Assembly (NCBI GenBank): GCA_041671225.1
Contig: JBAZBY010000001.1
Coordinates: 494,940 to 558,939, forward strand
Source: Patescibacteria group bacterium
GTDB taxonomy: Bacteria > Patescibacteriota > Patescibacteriia > JBAZBY01
Direction of reading: 5' to 3'
Length of the DNA: 64,000 nucleotides
The notes under the pieces are model-generated. The model made no database searches. It was not told where the DNA came from and was given only the letters and a program-made list of their open reading frames with translations. Shown piece after piece: positions 48,386-56,655 of the stretch (position 1 is the first letter of the stretch; each line of letters opens with the position of its first letter). A program made the position numbers and the translations under genes.

Positions 48386-49063
48386 ATGGAACGCAAACTA
48401 CGCAAACCAAAACAAGCATCGACACAAGAGTATCTTCGTATTCAGGAGATCAAGGATGATGTCGTGGTGATGAAGGACGGAAGTCTTCGCGGCGTTTTGC
48501 TTGTTGCGTCGGTAAACTTTGCCCTCAAGAGTGACGACGAGCAGATTGCCGTTATTCAGTCGTATACGCAGTTTTTGAATGCTCTTACGTTTCCCTTGCA
48601 AATCGTTATCCAATCGCGCAAATTGAATGTGGATGAGTATTTGAACCGTCTTCGTGAGGTTGAGAAAGCACAAACGAATGATTTACTGAAGATGCAGACG
48701 GCGGAGTACGTGCAGTATATTAAGGAGCTTGTGGAAATCGCCGACATTATGTCGAAGCGTTTTTATGTGGTGGTGCCGTTTTATCCAGGAGAGAACGAAC
48801 GAACGCCGGCGAAGTTTTTTGGACGTTTTTTTCAGGCATTGTCGCCAACAAGCATCATCCATCTGAAGCAAAAGCAGTTCATTGATTTGCGCACAGAACT
48901 CATGAAGCGCATTGATTATATCATTGAGGGTCTTTCTGAATCCGGCTTAAAAAGCGTTTTACTCAATACGCAGAGCCTCATTGAGCTTTATTACAATACC
49001 TATAATCCAGAAGTGTACAGCCAAGAGCAATTACTTGATGTTTCAAAGATTCAAATAGACTAA
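48386..49063 (+). CDS. VirB4/TraC/TrbE N-terminal domain (separate ORF)
   Basis: VLLVASVNFALKSDDEQIAVIQSYTQFLNALTFPLQIVIQS...RFYVVVPFY, typical of the VirB4 N-domain. Stops 1 nt before the ATPase ORF and is in a different frame. Confidence 0.7.
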   Translation: MERKLRKPKQASTQEYLRIQEIKDDVVVMKDGSLRGVLLVASVNFALKSDDEQIAVIQSYTQFLNALTFPLQIVIQSRKLNVDEYLNRLREVEKAQTNDLLKMQTAEYVQYIKELVEIADIMSKRFYVVVPFYPGENERTPAKFFGRFFQALSPTSIIHLKQKQFIDLRTELMKRIDYIIEGLSESGLKSVLLNTQSLIELYYNTYNPEVYSQEQLLDVSKIQID

Positions 49064-49064
49064 C

Positions 49065-51047
49065 ATGGCAGAAATCGACCTCTCCAAAGCAGGAAAGCTC
49101 CGCGAGCCTCAACGCAAGGTTTCTATTGAGGAGCGTCAGAAGCAGGAACAGCAACACCTGCAAAAGCAAAAACAACTTCTTGAAGCTGAGCGGTTGTATC
49201 GGGAGGGTGTTGTCTCCGTTCGTGATCTGATAGCCCCAGCCGCCATGAAGGTGGAAAATGATTATATTCGTTTGGGCAGCAAGTTTGTCCGTACGGTGTT
49301 TGTGGTGACGTATCCTCGCTATATTGCCGTTGGATGGTTTTCACCGATCATTACTCTGAACTATACATTGGATATTGGCATGTTCTTCTATCCTGTGGAT
49401 TCCGCGGTTATTTTAAAGCAGCTGAAGAATAAAGTCGGCGCTCTTGAGGCGCAGATTCTCGCCGATGCAGAAAAGGGTGCGCCGCGTGATCCTCTTCGTG
49501 AAACCGCGCTCCGCGACATTGAAAAACTCCGCGATGATCTCACCCAAGGCACAGAGAAGTTCTTTCAATATGCGCTCTATATCACCATCTATGCAGATGA
49601 TAAGAAAGACCTTGATCGTCAGACAGAAAAGGTAGAATCACTTTTTGGCGCACGACTGGTGTATACAAAGCGCGCGCTCTTTCAATCTGAACAGGGTTTT
49701 AATGCCACAGTGCCGATGGGAGAAGATGAACTCATGGTGACCTTCAACATGAATTCTTCGCCTGTTGCAAGTTCCTTCCCGTTCGTTTCAAGTGACCTCA
49801 CGAGTGATAACGGCATTCTTTACGGCATTAACCGCCATAATAACTCACTGATTCTTTTTGACCGCTTTAGCCTGCAGAATGCGAATTCCGTGGTGTTTGC
49901 AACCGCTGGCGCTGGAAAGAGTTATGCCGTGAAACTGGAGATCCTGCGTTCACTTATGCTTGGGACGGAAATCATTGTCATCGATCCTGAAATGGAATAC
50001 AAACATCTTTCTGAGGCGGTGGGCGGAACATATATTAGCATCTCACTCAACGCGGATTCCAAGATTAATCCTTTTGATCTCCCCAGTGCCCTGCAGGGTG
50101 ATGAAAAACCGGCTGATATCATCCGGTCCGCCGTCATCACGTTAAAATCGCTGCTGCGCCTCATGCTCGGCGAACTGACGCATGAAGAAGACTCCATCAT
50201 TGACCGCGCGTTGCTTGAAACGTATGCCAAGAAGGACATCACTCCGGATGCGGATCTTTCCAATATTGAAGCCCCGCTCATGACGGATTTTCAGGAAGTG
50301 CTTTCTGGCATGGAGGGCGCGGATGGATTAGTTGAACGTTTAAAAAAGTATACTGAGGGGACGTTCTCTGGCTTGTTTAATAGCCCGACGAATGTTGAAC
50401 TTAAGAATAATCTCGTCGTGTTCTCTGTGCGTGACCTTGAGGATGAACTGCGCCCGATCGGCATCTCAACGATTATTTCGTATATTTGGAATATCGCGCG
50501 CTCCAGGCTCAAGAAGCGTCTTTTAGTCATTGATGAAGCCTGGTGGCTGATGCAGCATGAAGACTCGGCAAAGTTTATCTACGCACTGGTCAAGCGCGCA
50601 CGAAAGTATTATTTGGGCGTTACCACCATTACGCAGGACGTGAATGACTTCTTACGTTCGCCATATGGCCAGGCCATCATTAACAACTCAGCCTTGCAGT
50701 TGCTCATGAAGCAGTCACGATCCGGGATCGATATTGTCGCCAAGACATTCATTCTCACAGAAGGTGAGAAGTATTTGTTGCTGGAATCCGGCGTTGGTGA
50801 AGGTATCTTCTTTGCCGGTTCTAAACACGCTGCGATCAAAGTTGTTGCTTCGTATACAGAAGATCAGATTATTACATCAGATCCGCGCCAGCTTCTTGAA
50901 ATTGAGGATGCAAAAAAAGAGTTTGAGGCATCATTGGATAGTAACGAGGAAGATGGTATTGAGGATATCTTTGATGCGGAAGAAAAATTGAACCCAATGA
51001 GTCCTGAAGAGCGGGAGATCCAGGAGATGCGTACTACAAAGCGATGA
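49065..51047 (+). CDS. VirB4-like type IV secretion ATPase (C-terminal ATPase domain)
   Basis: Walker A FATAGAGKSYAV and Walker B LLVIDEAWWLM. Conserved VirB4 blocks: YIRLGSKFVRTVFVVTYP, ITQDVNDFL. Confidence 0.85.
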   Translation: MAEIDLSKAGKLREPQRKVSIEERQKQEQQHLQKQKQLLEAERLYREGVVSVRDLIAPAAMKVENDYIRLGSKFVRTVFVVTYPRYIAVGWFSPIITLNYTLDIGMFFYPVDSAVILKQLKNKVGALEAQILADAEKGAPRDPLRETALRDIEKLRDDLTQGTEKFFQYALYITIYADDKKDLDRQTEKVESLFGARLVYTKRALFQSEQGFNATVPMGEDELMVTFNMNSSPVASSFPFVSSDLTSDNGILYGINRHNNSLILFDRFSLQNANSVVFATAGAGKSYAVKLEILRSLMLGTEIIVIDPEMEYKHLSEAVGGTYISISLNADSKINPFDLPSALQGDEKPADIIRSAVITLKSLLRLMLGELTHEEDSIIDRALLETYAKKDITPDADLSNIEAPLMTDFQEVLSGMEGADGLVERLKKYTEGTFSGLFNSPTNVELKNNLVVFSVRDLEDELRPIGISTIISYIWNIARSRLKKRLLVIDEAWWLMQHEDSAKFIYALVKRARKYYLGVTTITQDVNDFLRSPYGQAIINNSALQLLMKQSRSGIDIVAKTFILTEGEKYLLLESGVGEGIFFAGSKHAAIKVVASYTEDQIITSDPRQLLEIEDAKKEFEASLDSNEEDGIEDIFDAEEKLNPMSPEEREIQEMRTTKR

Positions 51048-51619
51048 GTCCCGCCATCCGTATTACACTGATTTTTGTGAGTATTATCCTTGTTGGGGGG
51101 ATCGGACTCGGTTTACTGCTCTTTAAAGATTCATCACCAGACACCGTTCAGGACACTCTTCCGGAGAACGAAGATGTCGTGCCTGCGACGACACCGACAA
51201 ATTCCAGTATATCGGAGGATGCGCCCGTTATTGAACCAGAGGCGAATACGACGCAGCAGATTCGCAACGTTGCCATCATTTTTTCAGAACGTTTTGAAAG
51301 CTATAATGAAAACGCGCGCGAAGCAGTGCTCCCCAGCGTTCAAGCGTATCTCACGGATGCAAGCCTTGTGACGCTCACAAGAGAGGCCGAATATCTTGCT
51401 ACACAGCCGAATGTTGAAAAGCCGAACGTCTACACTGCTCAAGCGTTCAATGTTTCCATTGTTGATGAGCAGCCAGCTCGGGCAACGGTTGATGTTTCAC
51501 TTTTTGTAGAAACTTCTATAGGAGCGTCAATTGAGGTGACCTCTACGGAGCAACGTACACGACGATATATCCTTATCCAAGAAAATGAGAACTGGAAAAT
51601 AATAAATGCCATTTTCTAA
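51044..51619 (+). CDS. Bitopic membrane protein, candidate VirB8-like (NTF2-like) component
   Basis: N-terminal TM helix IRITLIFVSIILVGGIGLGLLLF followed by about a 150-aa mixed alpha/beta domain ending ...ENENWKIINAIF. Position and topology are consistent with VirB8 (low confidence). Confidence 0.45.
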   Translation: MSPAIRITLIFVSIILVGGIGLGLLLFKDSSPDTVQDTLPENEDVVPATTPTNSSISEDAPVIEPEANTTQQIRNVAIIFSERFESYNENAREAVLPSVQAYLTDASLVTLTREAEYLATQPNVEKPNVYTAQAFNVSIVDEQPARATVDVSLFVETSIGASIEVTSTEQRTRRYILIQENENWKIINAIF

Positions 51620-52916
51620 GCGCGCCATCTTAACTTTTCTTCTCCTGCTTTTGGCGGTACTTTTTCTTGTGCCTGCAGGAGATGTGCATGCACAAGAACA
51701 CGAGATTCAGTTGAGCGTGGATCTGCCCGGCACGTCGCCATGCAGCTATGATGCAACAAAAAAATGTGTTGCGGATTTTGGTGATTATATGGCGAACTTT
51801 TACCGCTGGTTTGTGAGCGTTTCTGGCGTGCTTGCGATCGCAATGCTTGTGATGGGCGGATTCATGTGGATAACCGCAACAGGAAACAGCAGCAAAATCG
51901 AATCCGCAAAGGATGTGATTAACAGTGCGCTTTCTGGCGTGGTTCTTTTGATGCTTTCTTTTTTGTTCTTGCAACTCATCAACCCGCAGATTCTTTCATT
52001 GCGTCTTCCTATTCCCGGCATCACGGGTAGCGATTTTTTTCTTGATAGTACGATACTGTGCAACGGCCGTGCGATATTGGAAGACAGGGATACGGCGACC
52101 TGCGGGGACATTGTGTCCTTAGACATTGCAACAGCGGTTGGCGTGAAACAGCCTTGTATCTGGAATGAATGCAAAGATCCAAAGGAAGTCTGCGCGCCTA
52201 ATCCAAAAGTAGGGAAATATGAATGCCTGACTCCGATCAAGGGCTGCACGTACTCAAAACCAAAGGATTGCCAGGCAGTTGACCTTATTTTTCAAAATAC
52301 CGTACCTCCCGTGACTGAAGGGGGGAAAGTGTTTTCCTGCCGCACGCGTAACCTCACAGATGCCATTCCTCTTATTGGGTATGAAGATGACTGCAGCCCT
52401 GGCCCAATATGGTCAACATATGCGCCTCTTCCCGTAAAAGACCTGGTTGATAGCCGTATTGCGGATTCTGGGTATCAATGTGGTGATGACGCAGACTGGA
52501 TGCGCGTTACGTGCGATGCCGGTAAAGGAAGAAAAACAGAGTGTTGGCGTCCGGATGATGGTGGTCCGAGAGAGGAAACAAAGAGCATTAATGATCCATG
52601 GTGGGCGCAGTTGGATAACCATATGGCTGTTTCCTATATCAAGGCACGCTTAACATGCACAGATGCTGCACGGGCGAATCAAACGTCAGACATGGTTTGC
52701 TGCGGTCAGCGCGATAAAGGTCAGATTGATTGTCGGGGTATTGAAGAAAAAATCGATGAGAATGAAATTGCCGTACCTTGTGATTATTACAATACCCTGA
52801 CTGACGAGTATGACGGAAAACTTTCTACGAATAGCAAAGCAAAAGATAAGAACGCCACACGAGACTGGTGTGATGATATTTGCTTTATGCAAATAGATAT
52901 TAAATTTGGGCTCTAA
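51606..52916 (+). CDS. VirB2/TrbC-like pilin-motif protein fused to a large Cys-rich extracellular domain
   Basis: Signal peptide, then the hairpin-helix motif WFVSVSGVLAIAMLVMGGFMWITATGNSSKIESAKDVINSALSGVVLLMLSFLFLQLINP. About 280 aa Cys-rich C-terminal region. Confidence 0.65.
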   Translation: MPFSKRAILTFLLLLLAVLFLVPAGDVHAQEHEIQLSVDLPGTSPCSYDATKKCVADFGDYMANFYRWFVSVSGVLAIAMLVMGGFMWITATGNSSKIESAKDVINSALSGVVLLMLSFLFLQLINPQILSLRLPIPGITGSDFFLDSTILCNGRAILEDRDTATCGDIVSLDIATAVGVKQPCIWNECKDPKEVCAPNPKVGKYECLTPIKGCTYSKPKDCQAVDLIFQNTVPPVTEGGKVFSCRTRNLTDAIPLIGYEDDCSPGPIWSTYAPLPVKDLVDSRIADSGYQCGDDADWMRVTCDAGKGRKTECWRPDDGGPREETKSINDPWWAQLDNHMAVSYIKARLTCTDAARANQTSDMVCCGQRDKGQIDCRGIEEKIDENEIAVPCDYYNTLTDEYDGKLSTNSKAKDKNATRDWCDDICFMQIDIKFGL

Positions 52917-52919
52917 AAT

Positions 52920-54167
52920 ATGAATCGTTCACGGCTTCAGACGCTTCTCTATTTGGCGGCATTCATCATCACCGTTTTGCTTTTCATATTTGCGATATAT
53001 TGGTTGTTTTTTAGGACCGCTCCATCCACAAATACAAATGACAATGCAAACGAAAACGTGAATGGCTTGCCGAACGTGAATGCGGCAAATTTCAATGTCA
53101 ATGGAAACGCAAATGCGAATATTGCCTTACCGAATGTGAATACCACCGATCTCATAGATCGCATTGCTCAGGGCGGTTTCACACAGACCAACCTCGTTAC
53201 GGAAAATGCCGTCATTGCTCCAAGTTTTGGATCGAACGATCAGGATCTTGTTTTTTACGACACCGCTGAAGATAAGTTTTATCGTCGTACGCAAGATGGA
53301 CGTTCACAAACATTGCTCACTGAAGAGACCTTCCCCGAGGTTGAGTCGATAGCATGGTCACCAACAGGCGATAGGGCGGTGCTCACATTCCCTGATGACA
53401 CAAAACTCTATTATAACTTTGCCACGCAAGAGAAGGCGACGCTGCCAAAGGAGTTGAATGATATTTCTTTCTCGCAACAGGGCACGCAGATCGCCTCAAA
53501 GTTCGTAGGATCAGAAACCACTGATACGTGGCTGACGGTCTCGAATCCAGACGGAACAGGCGCAGAGATCCTTGAAAGCCTTGGTGAGAATGAAAGTCTT
53601 GTGGACGTCAACTGGTCGCCAACGCAACAAGTCGTGGCAACGTATCACCGCGGGACATCCTTTGATGCCGAAGAGGTTATTTTTCTTGGCAAAGAGGGAG
53701 AGAATTTCCCTTCCGTGAATGTACCCGGCCGCGGTTTTGAAGGAATTTGGAGCAGCGATGGACGGAAGATGCTCTATTCTGTGTACGCCCCTGAGACGCG
53801 CAACGTCCCGCAGATCTATTTTATGGATGCATCGGGGGATAATTTTGGCACAAATCATCAGACACTTGCACTTGAAACATGGGCGGACAAATGCACTTTC
53901 TCGCTTACCGGTACGAATGTGTATTGTGCGGTGCCGAACTTCTTGCCAAGCAGCTCCGGTTTTGACCGTGCACTTGCATTAGGTATCCCGGATGATATCT
54001 ATAAAATTGATCTTATCAATGGGCGCGCGGACAGAATCGCAACGCCGGTTGATTCCCGCGGCCTTGCAACCGTTACTGCTTCTGACCTTCTCGTTTCTCC
54101 TGCTGAAGATGTGCTGTATTTCAAAAGCGAGAGTGACGGGAAAGTTTATACCCTTAATCTTCGATAA
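52920..54167 (+). CDS. TolB-like beta-propeller protein with N-terminal TM anchor and Asn-rich low-complexity linker
   Basis: TM helix LYLAAFIITVLLFIFAIYWLFF. NVN-type repeats NANENVNGLPNVNAANFNVNGNANANIALPNVN. PD40/TolB-like blades (WSPTGDRAVLTF, WSPTQQVVATYH, WSSDGRKMLYSV). Confidence 0.7.
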   Translation: MNRSRLQTLLYLAAFIITVLLFIFAIYWLFFRTAPSTNTNDNANENVNGLPNVNAANFNVNGNANANIALPNVNTTDLIDRIAQGGFTQTNLVTENAVIAPSFGSNDQDLVFYDTAEDKFYRRTQDGRSQTLLTEETFPEVESIAWSPTGDRAVLTFPDDTKLYYNFATQEKATLPKELNDISFSQQGTQIASKFVGSETTDTWLTVSNPDGTGAEILESLGENESLVDVNWSPTQQVVATYHRGTSFDAEEVIFLGKEGENFPSVNVPGRGFEGIWSSDGRKMLYSVYAPETRNVPQIYFMDASGDNFGTNHQTLALETWADKCTFSLTGTNVYCAVPNFLPSSSGFDRALALGIPDDIYKIDLINGRADRIATPVDSRGLATVTASDLLVSPAEDVLYFKSESDGKVYTLNLR

Positions 54168-54264
54168 GTGCGCGATTCACTCACTGGCTATCTTCTTATC
54201 GCGATCGGCGCACTCTTCTTGCTCATACTGATTGTGCAACAATTTAAGTCGGCCTCATGATATT

Positions 54265-55551
54265 ATGAAACGTTCTCTCCTTTTTATCTCTTTTTTCATA
54301 CTTGTCGGCCTTAGTTTTGCGAGGCCGGTTTTTGCAGAGGGGTGTTGCGTGGGGCCAACGGCAGCATATTTTCTTTTTGATAATAATCAATGCCTTAATG
54401 AGGCCTCACCTCCTGGCCGCTGGGATGCGCATCAGTACCCGGACAGCATAACAGGCAAGTGCGAGCTGATGGTTGGCGCGGACGAGAGGGCGCTCGTTAT
54501 TGGTAAGTCCATTGCGACTCAGGTTGCAGAAAAGCCCCCGCTTATTTTTATTCCGAGCGTTGAGATACCGGGACTCTTCACTGGCCCCATTGTGGTTGGC
54601 AATGAGACATTAGGGCAGTATATCGCGGCGTTTTATATGTTTTTTGTCGGTCTCACGGGAGTGCTCGCAATGGCTATGTTGGTTTATTCTGGATTCCGGC
54701 GCATTACGGCAGCAGGGAACTCAAGCAAAGTACAGGAATCAACAGATATCATGAATGCCGCGCTTTCAGGCGTGGTACTGGTGATGCTCTCATATTTGCT
54801 GCTCAATCTCATTAATCCAGCACTGACGCGTCTTGCGGGCATGCAGCTTGATCCCATTAAGCCGGTATTGTTTTCATTTGAATCATCGGCTCATTCATTG
54901 AGGGACGCGAGTGTTTGCGGTGTTGGGGTGAACCCCGCAACAGGGGAACTTGTCGGTTTTCAGGATGATATTTATGAGTATGATGATATTTTTAAGGAGG
55001 TTGGTGATGCAAAAGGGGTGATGCCAAGCCTTTTAAAGGCGATCATGATAGTAGAGTCATGTGGGGATCCAGATGCAGCAAGCGTTCTGGAAGATGGTAC
55101 AAATGGCGGATGTGGTCTTATGCAGGTGAATCCAAAAAACAACACAACGGGCGGTTCTGGTTGTGACGGTCTCAGAACACCCGCAATTGAACCGACAGAT
55201 TCTGACGCCGTTAAAGAAGCAAAGCTAAAAATCATCAAAGCGAATATCACGCGTGGCGCAGAGATTATTGTACACGCGTATAAAAAAACATGTCCAGAAA
55301 CGGCGCGATATGAGTCTGGTGAAGTTGTGCAGTGCGATCATCAAAAGAGTGGCTGTATTGTGGGTGCTGATCGTTATGCCATTGCTGCGTATAATGGAGG
55401 CACTGGTGCAAATTGTAACAGCAGTGATTGTCAGGGAGAGACTTGGTGGGAGTGTAAGAATAATGATGGTTTTGCAGCAACACGACAGTATGTATCGAGT
55501 ATTGTGGCAGCGCACAATATGATCAGAAATAGAAATTGGATTCCGGATTAA
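54265..55551 (+). CDS. Pilin-motif protein fused to a lytic transglycosylase (SLT, VirB1-like) domain
   Basis: Signal peptide MKRSLLFISFFILVGLSFARPVFA. Pilin motif FFVGLTGVLAMAMLVYSGFRRITAAGNSSKVQESTDIMNAALSGVVLVMLSYLLLNLINP, paralogous to 51606-52916. SLT catalytic motifs IVESCGDPDAAS...GGCGLMQVNP. Confidence 0.75.
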   Translation: MKRSLLFISFFILVGLSFARPVFAEGCCVGPTAAYFLFDNNQCLNEASPPGRWDAHQYPDSITGKCELMVGADERALVIGKSIATQVAEKPPLIFIPSVEIPGLFTGPIVVGNETLGQYIAAFYMFFVGLTGVLAMAMLVYSGFRRITAAGNSSKVQESTDIMNAALSGVVLVMLSYLLLNLINPALTRLAGMQLDPIKPVLFSFESSAHSLRDASVCGVGVNPATGELVGFQDDIYEYDDIFKEVGDAKGVMPSLLKAIMIVESCGDPDAASVLEDGTNGGCGLMQVNPKNNTTGGSGCDGLRTPAIEPTDSDAVKEAKLKIIKANITRGAEIIVHAYKKTCPETARYESGEVVQCDHQKSGCIVGADRYAIAAYNGGTGANCNSSDCQGETWWECKNNDGFAATRQYVSSIVAAHNMIRNRNWIPD

Positions 55552-56655
55552 AAGAAGGAGGCGGGCCAAGGGTTTGAACCTTGTGTTACCCGCCATCGTA
55601 TCTAGCGCCCCGTAAGGGGAGAGTGCCGTGAGATTGGCCTGTGCGCTCGCAAGGAGCGCTGTTTCAGGCACGTATCAGGCGCCTCTTTCGCTGTTTGTGC
55701 TGTTGTGTGGGGTTTGGCGGCTACGTCGTGTTGCTGAATCTAGGATGACCCGTCTTCCTCACACTGTTTGGGAGTCCCTACCGTTCGTCGCCGCGACCAG
55801 AGTGGTAGCGACGCCGGTGCGGATGTCCCGGACCCATGAGGGCGCCGGTGTACCCCAGGGAGGATTCCCTAGGGTGCGCTCCGCTTCCGGACAGTACCAG
55901 CTCGGCATCGGCGGCGCCCAGCCTCTTGCTCTCGTTGCCGGGAAGATCCAGTGTCCGCGTCGGCAGCTGGCGCGGCTTCGGCTCGAGCCGCAACCCTTCC
56001 TGCGGGATGTCAGTTCCGGTGAGGAAACCTTCCCGTTGGAGGACTTCGTGCTCGGCCATTACGCCAGGACCGAAAGCGGGGTAGATGATGCGCGGTTTGG
56101 CCACGCTCGGGTCAGTGAGACCCCAGCGCAGCGTCCGCGACATCGGTTGATCGCTTCCGTGTACCAGTCCGGTCTGACTGCAGACCAGCCGCGCAGAACC
56201 TTTCGGTTCTGGCACCGCGAACCCGAAACCCAGGGTTCCGATACAGCAGCGGTGTCCGCTGCCTGTGTCGTGCCCCGGGCATTGGTCACCCGACTTGAGA
56301 GACTTCTTTTTTTCCATCTGCTTTGAACCTTTTCGCGTGTTGAGGGTTGTCACGCCATACTTCACTACCCTTTCTTTTTTTTGGAGGTATGACGCTGTTG
56401 CGTTGCGTGGAATCCCTCCCTTGCTCATTTGAGTGGAAGGGGAAAAGGGGGAGCACGCCGAAAATGTTCGGAGGGCAACTCCCATGATGTCCGCTGGGCG
56501 GTTCAAGACCCTAAACATCATGAGAAGAACACTTCTCGGGCATGCTCCCAAAGATTGGGAACAAAGCAACACGAAGTAGCTTTCAAGGTGCGCTTTGTGT
56601 TTGCATGGACTATACGAGAAAGAGGATATTTGTCAAGTTGAACCCTGGTCTCTTC
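55552..56655. other. GC-rich 1.1-kb segment without a convincing gene, between the convergent T4SS-like operon and recG; nature unresolved
   Basis: Only mutually antisense, Arg/Gly/Pro-rich ORFs (55628-56326 +, 55778-56572 -) typical of GC-rich non-coding DNA. Composition is clearly GC-richer than flanking genes by eye. Begins with a 35-nt GC hairpin (55560-55594). Confidence 0.3.

Noticed and set aside
55628-56572. ORFs 55628-56326 (+, 232 aa) and 55778-56572 (-, 264 aa)
   Set aside because: Mutually antisense, Arg/Gly/Pro-rich, no recognisable motif. Their length is what is expected by chance in GC-rich DNA. Kept only as an unassigned region, not as CDS.
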